The position numbers and the translations under genes were made by a program. From the NCBI GenBank assembly GCA_044224715.1, contig JBGAJV010000006.1, positions 74,448 to 138,447 on the forward strand: 64,000 nucleotides of DNA, in the 5' to 3' direction. A model generated the notes under the pieces. That model worked only from the letters and a program-made list of their open reading frames with translations. It had not been told where the DNA came from and made no database searches. Position 1 is the stretch's first letter. Each line of letters starts with the position of its first letter. The DNA comes from Anaerolineales bacterium (GTDB lineage Bacteria > Chloroflexota > Anaerolineae > Anaerolineales > UBA6663). Below are positions 9,985-18,652 of this stretch, piece by piece.

Positions 9985-11045
9985 CGGCGAATGCACAAGC
10001 CCCGGCGGCGCCGGCGGCCGCCGCGCCCAACAAGAATCTGCTCGAGGTGCGTGGCCTCAAGAAGTACTTCCCGATCTACAAAGGCCTGCTCCGCCGCGTC
10101 GCGGGGTACGTCAAGGCCGTGGACGACGTCAACTTCTCCGTTCGCGAGGGCGAGACGCTCGGCCTGGTGGGCGAGAGCGGTTGCGGCAAGAGCACGGCCG
10201 GCCGCACGATCATCCGGCTGTACGAGCCGACCGGCGGCGAAGTGATGTTCAGGTCCAGGCTGCTCGGAAATGGCGAGGACAAGACCGTCAACATGCTCGA
10301 TCTCAAGCCGGAGGAGATGAAGAAGGTCCGGCAAGAGATCTCGATGGTCTTCCAGGACCCGATCAACTCGCTCAACCCGCGCATGACCGTGTCGGATATC
10401 GTGGCCGAGCCGATGGTCATCCACGGCCAGAAGATCGGGCCCGAGACCGAATCCGTGATCGTGCGTCTGCTCGAGCGCGTCGGTCTGCGGCCCGACCACC
10501 TCAAACGCTACCCGCACGAGTTCTCGGGCGGTCAACGACAGCGCATCGGCATCGCCCGCGCGCTCTCGCTCAACCCGCGCCTGGTGATCTGCGACGAGCC
10601 GGTCTCGGCCCTCGACGTGTCGATCCAGGCGCAGACGCTCAATCTGTTGCAGGACCTGCAGCAGGACTTGAACCTGTCGTACATCTTCGTGGCGCACGAC
10701 CTGAGCGTGGTCGAGCACATCTCCGATCGCATCGCCGTCATGTACGTGGGCAAGGTGGCCGAGCTGGCCAGCGCCGACGCGCTCTACAACGAGCCGCTGC
10801 ATCCGTACACCGAGGCGCTGCTCTCGGCCGTGCCAAAGCCGGACCCGAAGGCGAAGTCGAATCGCATCGTCATGCAGGGCGACGTGGCCGACCCGTCGAA
10901 CCCGCCGAGCGGCTGCTACTTCCATCCGCGCTGTCGCTACGCCAAGGACATCTGCAAGACCAAGGCACCGGAGTATCGAGAACTCAAGCCCGACCACTTC
11001 GTCTCGTGCCATCTGGCCGAGGAGTTGAAGCTGGAAGGGATCTAG
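9981..11045 (+). CDS. ABC transporter ATP-binding protein (DppF/OppF-like)
   Basis: ATGA start/stop overlap with the previous gene. Walker [10 protein letters not shown], signature FSGGQRQR, Walker [13 protein letters not shown]-terminal [14 protein letters not shown]. Confidence 0.93.
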   Translation: MTANAQAPAAPAAAAPNKNLLEVRGLKKYFPIYKGLLRRVAGYVKAVDDVNFSVREGETLGLVGESGCGKSTAGRTIIRLYEPTGGEVMFRSRLLGNGEDKTVNMLDLKPEEMKKVRQEISMVFQDPINSLNPRMTVSDIVAEPMVIHGQKIGPETESVIVRLLERVGLRPDHLKRYPHEFSGGQRQRIGIARALSLNPRLVICDEPVSALDVSIQAQTLNLLQDLQQDLNLSYIFVAHDLSVVEHISDRIAVMYVGKVAELASADALYNEPLHPYTEALLSAVPKPDPKAKSNRIVMQGDVADPSNPPSGCYFHPRCRYAKDICKTKAPEYRELKPDHFVSCHLAEELKLEGI

Positions 11046-11138
11046 TTCACCGCGCTCCTGCGCCGGGAAACGATGGGCCGTGTTGGTCGATCTGCGGCTG
11101 GCACGGCCCCTTCCATGTTTTTGGCAAGGAGGCTTTCC

Positions 11139-11477
11139 ATGTTCATGGCACAGAACAACAGCGGGCGTGCGTTATCGTCCGTCCTGGCGATCGGTCTGTG
11201 GCTGGTTGCCACGGCCGGCGCCGTGGCTTCGATCTACTGGATCCGCCAACTCGTGCTGGGCGCGACCATGTTCTTCGGCGGCGACATCAAGACGGCCGAA
11301 GCGATCACGCCGCTGCTCGTGGCCTTTCTGGGTCTGGGTGCGACTGTCGTGATCATCGCGTCGACCGAATACCATCGCCGGCACTTCCTGGAAGCCGGGT
11401 CGTGGCGGCTGCTGGCCTGGATGATCGGCATCGAAGCTGCGTTGATGATCGCACAAACGACTCTGGTGGGCTTCTGA
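11139..11477 (+). CDS. Small hypothetical membrane protein (about 3 TM helices)
   Basis: ATG at 11139 follows AAGGAGG with 6-nt spacing. The product has three hydrophobic segments and sits between the ABC ATPase and the GH13 gene. No family recognised. Confidence 0.5.
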   Translation: MFMAQNNSGRALSSVLAIGLWLVATAGAVASIYWIRQLVLGATMFFGGDIKTAEAITPLLVAFLGLGATVVIIASTEYHRRHFLEAGSWRLLAWMIGIEAALMIAQTTLVGF

Positions 11478-11503
11478 GGGAAGCCGAAGGGGGACGCAGG
11501 GGC

Positions 11504-13225
11504 ATGTCAGAGTTGAAGTGGTGGCAGAAAGCCGTCTTTTACCAGATCTATCCGCGCAGTTTCGCGGATGGGAACGGCGACGGCATCGGCGACTTCGCCG
11601 GCATGATCGCCAGGCTCGACTACCTGAAAGACCTTGGGGTCGACGCGCTGTGGTTGTCGCCGCACTTCCCGTCGCCGCAGTTCGACGTTGGGTACGACGT
11701 GGCGGACTACACCGGCGTCGAGCCCGATTATGGCACGCTCGACGACTTCAAGCGCTTCCTCGACGGCGCGCACGAGCGTGGGATGCGGGTCGTCTTGGAT
11801 CTGGTGCTCAACCACACCTCGGACCAAAACCGGTGGTTTCTTGAGTCGCGCCGCAGCCGCACCGATCCAAAGCGCGATTGGTACGTCTGGCGGCCCGCGA
11901 ACCCCGTCAACGGAGGGCCGCCGAACAACTGGCAATCGGTCTTCGGCGGGTCGGCCTGGGAACCGGATCCGCAGACCGGCGAGTACTACTATCACTTCTT
12001 CTTCAAGGAGCAGCCCGACCTCAACTGGCGCAACCCGGAGGTCAAGGCGGCGCTGTGGGAGGCGGCGCGGTTCTGGCTCGATCTGGGCGTCGACGGCTAC
12101 CGGCTCGACGCGATTGGCACGATCTATGAGGATCCTGCCATGCCCGATCATCCGGTGACCGAAGACCTGTCGGCGTTGCGGCGGGCGATCAGCCCGTTCT
12201 CGAGCGCGTCGGTCGAAGATCGCGAGGCCGCGATTGCCATCTATCGCACGATGTTCCAGCACCAGGAGGGCCGCGAAGAGGTCCATGACCTCATGCGCGA
12301 CCTGCGCCGCCTGGTCGACGCGTACGACGATCGGGTGCTGATCGGCGAAACCGACGAGGTCAGCTTCTATGGCAACGGGCAGGACGAACTCCACCTGAAC
12401 TTCAACTTCCCGTTGATCAACACGGCGCGGCTGACACCGGCGTGGATCCAGGCCAACCAGGCCGAACGGCTGGGCGCCTTGCCGGCCGGCGCCTGGCCGT
12501 GCAACACGCTTGGCAATCACGACCGGTCGCGGCTGATCAGCGTGTTCGGCGCCGGCGACCCCGTTCAGGACGCCGGGCTGGCTCGGGTCTGGCTCGCGCT
12601 GATGCTGACGTTGAAGGGCACGCCCTTCTTGTACAACGGCGAAGAGATCGGCATGAACGACTTCCTGCTCGCCGATCTGTCCGAGTTCCGCGACAACGTC
12701 GGCGTGTGGCTGGCCGGTCAGATCGCGGAGGAGGGCGCGTTCAGCCCGGCCGAGGTCGTGCGGCTCGCGGCTCAGTTCTCGCGCGATCGCTGTCGCACGC
12801 CGATGCAGTGGTCGGCCAGCGACAACGCGGGGTTCAGCCCGGCCGGCGTGCGCACGTGGTTGCCGGTCAACCCGAATTACGCCGACGGCGTGAACGTCGA
12901 GGCGCAACTGAGCGACCCTACGTCGTTGCTCGCGTACTACAAACGCCTGCTGGCGTTCCGCCGCGCGACGCCGGCCCTGATCGCCGGGGCTTACCAGGCC
13001 GTGCTGGCCGACGACGACGTCCTGGCTTTCACCCGCGACGTCGACGGGCAGACCTGTCTGGTCGTTCTCAATCTGTCGGCGAACACGCGCGTGTTACCCT
13101 TGGAGACCGTGGCCGGCGCGGCGCGCTGCCTGTTCTCCACCCATCATGCGGCCGAGGGCCGCGTCGCGCTGACGGAATTCGCCGTCGCGCCGTTCGAAGT
13201 CTTTATCGGCTCGGTGCCCGCCTGA
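11504..13225 (+). CDS. GH13 alpha-glucosidase / oligo-1,6-glucosidase-like (intracellular)
   Basis: Start [32 protein letters not shown]13 regions VVLDLVLNHTSD, GVDGYRLDAI (nucleophile Asp), LIGET (acid/base Glu) and LGNHDRSR. No signal peptide. The upstream part of ORF 9965..13225 overlaps the ATPase gene and is spurious. Confidence 0.9.
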   Translation: MSELKWWQKAVFYQIYPRSFADGNGDGIGDFAGMIARLDYLKDLGVDALWLSPHFPSPQFDVGYDVADYTGVEPDYGTLDDFKRFLDGAHERGMRVVLDLVLNHTSDQNRWFLESRRSRTDPKRDWYVWRPANPVNGGPPNNWQSVFGGSAWEPDPQTGEYYYHFFFKEQPDLNWRNPEVKAALWEAARFWLDLGVDGYRLDAIGTIYEDPAMPDHPVTEDLSALRRAISPFSSASVEDREAAIAIYRTMFQHQEGREEVHDLMRDLRRLVDAYDDRVLIGETDEVSFYGNGQDELHLNFNFPLINTARLTPAWIQANQAERLGALPAGAWPCNTLGNHDRSRLISVFGAGDPVQDAGLARVWLALMLTLKGTPFLYNGEEIGMNDFLLADLSEFRDNVGVWLAGQIAEEGAFSPAEVVRLAAQFSRDRCRTPMQWSASDNAGFSPAGVRTWLPVNPNYADGVNVEAQLSDPTSLLAYYKRLLAFRRATPALIAGAYQAVLADDDVLAFTRDVDGQTCLVVLNLSANTRVLPLETVAGAARCLFSTHHAAEGRVALTEFAVAPFEVFIGSVPA

Positions 13226-13291
13226 GGGCGCACCGTTGCAGGTCGGCCGCTCGCCCGGCGAGCGCTGGCCACCCATAGAAAGGGCAAAGCC

Positions 13292-13726
13292 ATGAGCGAC
13301 ATCAAGCAAACCGTGGGCTTCCTGGAGCGCGTGCCCTTGTTTCAGGGGCTGAGCACCCGCCAACTCGAGCCGATCGCACGACGCATGGTCGAGCGCTCGT
13401 ACCCCGCAGGCGCGGCGATCGTGACCCAGGGAACCGGTGGCGAAGGATTTTTCGTCGTCGTCGGCGGCAAGGCCAGCGCCGTGCGCCAACGGACCGACGG
13501 TTCGAGCGCCGTTGTGAACACATTCAGGCCGTTGGACTTCTTCGGCGAACTGGCGTTGCTCGACGACGGGCTGCGGACGGCCTCGGTCATCGCGCAGGAA
13601 CCGACCACATGCCTGTTGTTGACCCGCTGGGATTTCCTGGCCGCGGTGCGCGAAGACGTCGAAATGGCGATTGTCATCCTCCAGGAACTCGCGCGCCGCT
13701 TCCGCCGCGCCCTGGACACGCTCTAG
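13292..13726 (+). CDS. Stand-alone cyclic nucleotide-binding domain protein
   Basis: 144 aa consisting only of a CNB fold. Signature FFGELALLDDGLRTASVIA (FGE...R[ST]A phosphate-binding cassette). No DNA-binding or other output domain. Confidence 0.85.
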   Translation: MSDIKQTVGFLERVPLFQGLSTRQLEPIARRMVERSYPAGAAIVTQGTGGEGFFVVVGGKASAVRQRTDGSSAVVNTFRPLDFFGELALLDDGLRTASVIAQEPTTCLLLTRWDFLAAVREDVEMAIVILQELARRFRRALDTL

Positions 13727-13751
13727 CCTCGGACCGCGCGCGTTGTAAGAG

Positions 13752-13781
13752 AGGGCGCACCGGTTCGGCCGGGTGCGCCCT
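13752..13781 (+). terminator. GC-rich hairpin (10-bp stem) after the cNMP-binding gene, ending 10 nt before the cyclase ATG
   Basis: AGGGCGCACC / GGTGCGCCCT perfect arms with a 10-nt loop, followed by TACTTCTGT. This may be a weak terminator or a leader structure. It contains the ORF-track GTG start at 13773. Confidence 0.35.
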
Positions 13782-13790
13782 TACTTCTGT

Positions 13791-16700
13791 ATGGGCAGTC
13801 TGACTTGTCCCAATTGCGGATATGCGTCGCCCGACGGCATGCGCTTCTGCGGCATGTGCGGAGCGCGGATCGCGTCAAGCTGCCCGCAATGCGAATCGCT
13901 CAATCCCCTGAACTTCAAGTTCTGCGGGACCTGCGGCGCGCGGCTGTCGACAACGGGCGCGGCATCGGCCGACCTCCCGCCGTTTGACCTCGAAGCGTTG
14001 TCGTATCGCCCGCCCGCGCCGCCACCGCTCGTGGGCGAACGCCGCGAAGTGACCGTCGTCATGACGGACGTCTCGAGCTCGACCAATCTACTCGAGCAAC
14101 TCGGCACCGAAGCCTGGGTCGAGTTGATGAACCGGCTGCTCCACATCCTCGAGGGCGAAGTCCATCGCTTCGGCGGCGAGGTCGATCAGCTGCGCGGTGA
14201 CGGCCTGATCGCGTTCTTCGGGGCCTCAAGCACGCACGAGGACGACCCCGAGCGCGCCGTGCTGACCGCGCTTTCGATGCAGAAGGCCGTCGCGCGTTTC
14301 TCCGAAGACCTGGCTCGCCGTCAGGGCATCACGCTGCACATGCGCATCGGCGTCGACACCGGCGAAGTCGTGGTGCCTGGCGTCAACGATCGCCGTGGCC
14401 GCGGTGACGAAGCCGGCATGGGCCGGGCCGTCGCCGTGGCGGCCCGTATGGAGGCCGCCGCCGAGCCGGGCACCGTGCTGGTCAGCGAGACCACGCAGCG
14501 TCTGACCGAAGCCCGCTTCGACTGGGAGGCGCTCGGCGCGCTCCAGGTCAAAGGCGTGCGAGATCCCATCCGGGTCTATCGGCCCATCGCGCATCGCGAC
14601 GACGTCGCCGGCGCCCGCGGGCATGACTCGCTCCCGCTGACGATCTCGTTGATCGGCCGTGACGCCGAGTTCCACGCACTCAAGGAAGGCGTCGACGCCG
14701 TGCTCGCGGGCCGCGGGCGCATCGCGCTGCTCACCGGTGACCGGGGCACAGGCAAGTCGTTCCTGGTCAACGAGCTGCGCCGGTACTTCGCGCATTGCGG
14801 CGCACTGCGGCGGAACGACGGCGCTGCGAGCTCAGGCCCGAGCGGCACGCACACTTGGCTGGTCGGGCGCTGCCGGTCCTACCATCAAACCTGGCCCTTT
14901 GCCGTCTGGGTCGAGCTGCTGCACGATTGGCTGGGCACACGCGGCGCCGCGTCGCAAGAAAACACCCTCGAGCGCCTGACCACGGAGTGCCAGGCCCTGT
15001 GGGCCGACGGCTACCTCGAATTCTTCCCGTACCTCGCCCGATTGATGGGGCTGCCGCTCGAACCGGCCCTGCAAGAGAAGACCCGGCACCTTAGCGGAGA
15101 GCAACTTCGGCAACGCGTTTTCCACGCCGTTTCGACGTGGGTCGCGGCGCTGGCGGCCCGCGGCCCGCTCGTCCTCGTGCTGGCGGAAATGCAGTGGGCC
15201 GACGAGTCGTCCCTGCAACTGTTGCGCTACTGTCTGCCCGTCAGCGAGACCGAGGCGATGTTGGTCCTGGTCGTGTATGCGCCCGAGGTGGCCGCGCCGA
15301 TCTGGGATTTTGCGCCGCAGGTCGAGAGCGAGTATCCACATCGCCTGATGCGCGTGGACCTTGGGCCGCTCGACGCCGAGCAGGCCCGCCGCTTGATGGT
15401 CGGGTTGGTCGGGCCGGAAGCCCTGCCGCAGACCGCGCAGGATCTGATCATGCAGGTGTCGGAGGGCAATCCCTACTTCATCATCGAGTCCGTCTATGGC
15501 CTGATGATGCGCGGCATCCTCGAACGACGCGAACCCGACGGTCCCTGGCGCCTCACGCGCCCGGTCGTCGGCGCGGACCTGCCGACGGGATCCCAACGGC
15601 TGCTGCTGGCCCGTATCGATCGGCTTTCGCTCGAACAGCGCCTGGTCGTGCAGGTCGCGGCCGTGATCGGCCCGGTGTTTTGGTACAACCTGCTTGACGC
15701 GTTGGTGGGCGATCCGGTCTCATTACGCGGAAACCTGGCGGCACTGCAGCGCGCGCAGTTGATCCAGGAAGAGGGCCGCGTGCACGGCCTGGGCATGCAG
15801 TATTCGTTCCGATCGTCACAGGTGCGCGAGGCCGCGTATGAGAGCCTGGTGCATGCCCAGCGCATCGAATTCCACAGGCGTGTCGCCAGTTATCTCGAGA
15901 ACTCCGGCGAGGCCGAGTCGTTGCCCGGGATCTACGGCTTGCTGGCCCATCACTATCGCGGGGCCGGCGACCTGCGCAAGGAACTGTTCTACACGCTGCT
16001 GGCCGCCGAACAGGCGCGGCGGCTGTACGCGAACCCTGAGGCGCTTCAGCACTATACGCGCGCCGTGGAGTTGACCGATCGTATCGCGGCGGATACGTCG
16101 TTGGCGGCGCCGGAGCGCGCGCTGCTTTCGCAACGTTTCGAGATCCTGCGCGGCCGGCGCACCGTGCACATCGAGCTGGGCAAATTCAACGCCGCGGCCG
16201 AGGATTCGCGCGCGTTGCTGACGCTCGCCTCGCAGATGTCCGATGACGCCGCCTGGCGGATCGATGCGCTGCTCGCGCAGCCCGAGTTGTTCGAGCGCGA
16301 TCGCCGCGGCGACACCGAGGCCGGGTTGAAGATCGCCTACGAGGCCCTGGGCCTCGCGCACGAACTGCACGATCGGCGGCGCGAGATGGAGTCCTGGATG
16401 GCCGTCGCCAACGCCCGGATGGCCCTTCACGATCCGGGCACGCGGGAGGCGGCCGAGCGCGCCCTCGATCTGTCGCGCGAGCTTGGCGACCTGCGCGCGG
16501 AGGTCGCGCTGCTGCTGGCGCTGGCGAGCGTGTACGGTCTAGACGACCTGCCACGGCACGAGGCGTATCTGCAGGAGGCCCTCGCAAAATCCGAGAGCCT
16601 CAACGACAAGGCCATGGAGGTGGCGTTGTTAGGCGCTCTGGGGGCGCAGTTCGAGCGCCGCGGCGATTACTACCGCCAGCTGACGGAGTTCGAGCGCCCG

Positions 16701-17486
16701 CGCGCGCGCCTCTGCCGTGAGATCGGGAACCGTCTCGAAGAGGGCAAGGCGCTGATGATGTGCGGCCAGATCCAGGGCCTGTATCTGGGCGACACCGAGA
16801 CCGGACTGGCGCTCGAACAGGAGGCCGCCCAGCTCTGGGTCGAGCTCAGCGATCGATTGTTCCCGTTGTTGCGCATCGCGCAAATACAGACGGCGTTGGG
16901 CCGGTTCGAGGCTGCCGCGGAGGCTTTGGCGACGGCCGCGACGCTCAGCGAACGCAGCAATCGCAACTTCGGGCTGGCAGGGTTTCACCTTGTCTCGGCC
17001 ATCCTCGACATCGCGCGCGGCGGGCGCGAGCGACTGCTTGAAGCGCTCGACCACTGCGAGCAGGTCAAACGTCTGGTCAGCGACAACCTGGTGTCGCGCC
17101 AATACTACATGGCGGCGTCGTGTCAGTCAGCGACGGCGCATCTGGCGCTCTCGCGCCTGCTCAGCGACGAACTCGAGCGACAGGCCCACGTGCGGGATGC
17201 GCTCGACGCTTCGAGCGCCGCGTTGTCGATTTACCGCGCGTTCGGTTTCACCCAGGTGATCGAATGTCTGGGCGAGGAGGTATTGCTTCGCCATAGCCAG
17301 GCACTGACGGCGGTGGGGCAGGCCGGCGAGGCCGCCGATTACCTGCGGCAGGCGCATGCCGAGATGCTGCGAAAGCTGGCTTTGATCCCGGCGGATAGCG
17401 CGCATCGGCGGCACTTTCTCGAAAATGTGCCGCTTCATCGCGAAATACGCACGGCCGTCGAAATCCGCGCCGAAGGTCCGGCCTGA
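13791..17486 (+). CDS. Multidomain signalling protein: double zinc ribbon + class III nucleotidyl cyclase + AAA+ (STAND-like) ATPase + TPR-like repeats
   Basis: Four CxxC pairs (CPNCG, CGMCG, CPQCE, CGTCG). Cyclase motifs EVTVVMTDVSSST, RGDGLIAFFG and RIGVDTGEVVV. Walker A GDRGTGKS. Long helical-repeat C-terminus. Same architecture class as the M. tuberculosis Rv0386-type cyclases, but without the LuxR HTH. Confidence 0.85.
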   Translation: MGSLTCPNCGYASPDGMRFCGMCGARIASSCPQCESLNPLNFKFCGTCGARLSTTGAASADLPPFDLEALSYRPPAPPPLVGERREVTVVMTDVSSSTNLLEQLGTEAWVELMNRLLHILEGEVHRFGGEVDQLRGDGLIAFFGASSTHEDDPERAVLTALSMQKAVARFSEDLARRQGITLHMRIGVDTGEVVVPGVNDRRGRGDEAGMGRAVAVAARMEAAAEPGTVLVSETTQRLTEARFDWEALGALQVKGVRDPIRVYRPIAHRDDVAGARGHDSLPLTISLIGRDAEFHALKEGVDAVLAGRGRIALLTGDRGTGKSFLVNELRRYFAHCGALRRNDGAASSGPSGTHTWLVGRCRSYHQTWPFAVWVELLHDWLGTRGAASQENTLERLTTECQALWADGYLEFFPYLARLMGLPLEPALQEKTRHLSGEQLRQRVFHAVSTWVAALAARGPLVLVLAEMQWADESSLQLLRYCLPVSETEAMLVLVVYAPEVAAPIWDFAPQVESEYPHRLMRVDLGPLDAEQARRLMVGLVGPEALPQTAQDLIMQVSEGNPYFIIESVYGLMMRGILERREPDGPWRLTRPVVGADLPTGSQRLLLARIDRLSLEQRLVVQVAAVIGPVFWYNLLDALVGDPVSLRGNLAALQRAQLIQEEGRVHGLGMQYSFRSSQVREAAYESLVHAQRIEFHRRVASYLENSGEAESLPGIYGLLAHHYRGAGDLRKELFYTLLAAEQARRLYANPEALQHYTRAVELTDRIAADTSLAAPERALLSQRFEILRGRRTVHIELGKFNAAAEDSRALLTLASQMSDDAAWRIDALLAQPELFERDRRGDTEAGLKIAYEALGLAHELHDRRREMESWMAVANARMALHDPGTREAAERALDLSRELGDLRAEVALLLALASVYGLDDLPRHEAYLQEALAKSESLNDKAMEVALLGALGAQFERRGDYYRQLTEFERPRARLCREIGNRLEEGKALMMCGQIQGLYLGDTETGLALEQEAAQLWVELSDRLFPLLRIAQIQTALGRFEAAAEALATAATLSERSNRNFGLAGFHLVSAILDIARGGRERLLEALDHCEQVKRLVSDNLVSRQYYMAASCQSATAHLALSRLLSDELERQAHVRDALDASSAALSIYRAFGFTQVIECLGEEVLLRHSQALTAVGQAGEAADYLRQAHAEMLRKLALIPADSAHRRHFLENVPLHREIRTAVEIRAEGPA

Positions 17487-17491
17487 ACGTC

Positions 17492-18652
17492 ATGAACAAC
17501 AAACCTTTCGAACGTGATCGGCTGACGTGGCTGATGTACATCATGCTGGCGGCCGTCGCCTATCAGCAGGGCATCCTCGGTCCCCTGATGCCGTTTCTGC
17601 GCAAGTCGCTCAACATGAGCTACACCACAGGCGGGACGCTGGTCACGGCGATCGCGATCGGCATGATCGTGACGGGTCTGATCAGCGACCGGATCGCGCG
17701 GCGGATCGGGCGTCGGCGGTTGTTCTGGCTCGGTGCGGCGGGCTACGTGATCGGCGCCTGGGGGCTGGCGCTCAGCACGTCCTTTGAGTTCGCATTTGGG
17801 GCCGTCCTGTTTAGCAGCGCGGCCAGCGCCTTCATGATCGCGATCATCAACGCCGCGCTGTCGGATCGCCATCGGGAGAATCGCGCCCGCGCGCTTGGCG
17901 AAGCCAATGTGGCAGCCGCTTTCAGCGCGGCCGTGTCGCCCTTGCTGATCGGCCTCTTCCAAACGGTCGGGCTCGGCTGGCAATGGGCGCTCTTCCTTTC
18001 GTTCGGGATCATGGGCCTCATCGCCATAGTTTTTTTTGCGGTCCCGATCCCGGACGTACAGCCCGGCAGCGAGAGCGCGTCTGCCGGCGGTTCGTCGGCG
18101 TTGCCTGTGGCCTTCTGGGTCTATTGGCTGGTCGTGATCAGCGTGGTGGCGTTCGAGTGGTGTTTCGTCATCTGGGGCGCGGACTATCTGGTCGCGACGT
18201 TGGGATTTGAGCCGTCACTCGCGTCGTCGGCGATGGGTATCTATCTCGGCGCGGTCGTGCTTGGACGAGCCATCGGCAGCGTGCTCACGCGGCGTTGGGC
18301 GGCCACGACTATGCTGCCAGCCGCGATCGTGCTGGCCCTGATCGGCTTCCCGTTGTTCTGGCTGACGTCTTCGCCAGTGACCGTGCTGCTCGGATTGGGC
18401 ATCGCCGGCCTGGGCGTGGCCAACCACTTCCCATTGACCTTGTCGATCGCCGTCGGCCAGGCGCGCGGCCAGACGACCGCCGCCAGCGCGCGGGTGTCGA
18501 TGGGCGTCGGCGTCGCGATCTTCGCCGCGCCGCTGCTGCTTGGGCGCTTGGCCGACCAGTTCTCCATCCAGGCGGCGTACAGCATCGTGCCGATCATCGG
18601 CGCGTTCACGCTCGGCCTCCTGGCGATCGCATATCAGAAAGGCTGGCGATGA
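17492..18652 (+). CDS. MFS transporter
   Basis: About 12 hydrophobic segments and MFS motif A-like GLISDRIARRIGRRR. Starts 5 nt after the cyclase stop. Confidence 0.85.
   Translation: MNNKPFERDRLTWLMYIMLAAVAYQQGILGPLMPFLRKSLNMSYTTGGTLVTAIAIGMIVTGLISDRIARRIGRRRLFWLGAAGYVIGAWGLALSTSFEFAFGAVLFSSAASAFMIAIINAALSDRHRENRARALGEANVAAAFSAAVSPLLIGLFQTVGLGWQWALFLSFGIMGLIAIVFFAVPIPDVQPGSESASAGGSSALPVAFWVYWLVVISVVAFEWCFVIWGADYLVATLGFEPSLASSAMGIYLGAVVLGRAIGSVLTRRWAATTMLPAAIVLALIGFPLFWLTSSPVTVLLGLGIAGLGVANHFPLTLSIAVGQARGQTTAASARVSMGVGVAIFAAPLLLGRLADQFSIQAAYSIVPIIGAFTLGLLAIAYQKGWR

Noticed and set aside
9965-11503. N-terminal 513 codons of ORF 9965..13225, which would make a 1086-aa GH13 fusion protein.
   Set aside because: This part overlaps the second ABC ATPase gene and the small membrane ORF in other frames and has an Arg/Gly-rich nonsense translation. 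The GH13 domain begins at the SD-less but canonical MSELKWW start at 11504.
13773-13790. GTG start at 13773 for the cyclase gene and GTG start at 54479 for the CarH-like gene, as given in the ORF track.
   Set aside because: 13773 lies inside the right arm of a 10-bp hairpin. 54479 lies inside the phased operator-like repeats only 14 nt after the -10 box. The downstream ATGs (13791 and 54536) are more plausible, though unproven.
13292-17486. Reading the cNMP-binding protein and cyclase pair as a Pycsar/CBASS-like antiphage signalling system.
   Set aside because: The cNMP-binding protein has no TM, TIR, nuclease or other effector domain. The cyclase belongs to the large housekeeping-type cyclase-AAA-TPR class. 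The neighbours are transporters rather than defence genes. I cannot exclude it, but nothing in the sequence supports it.
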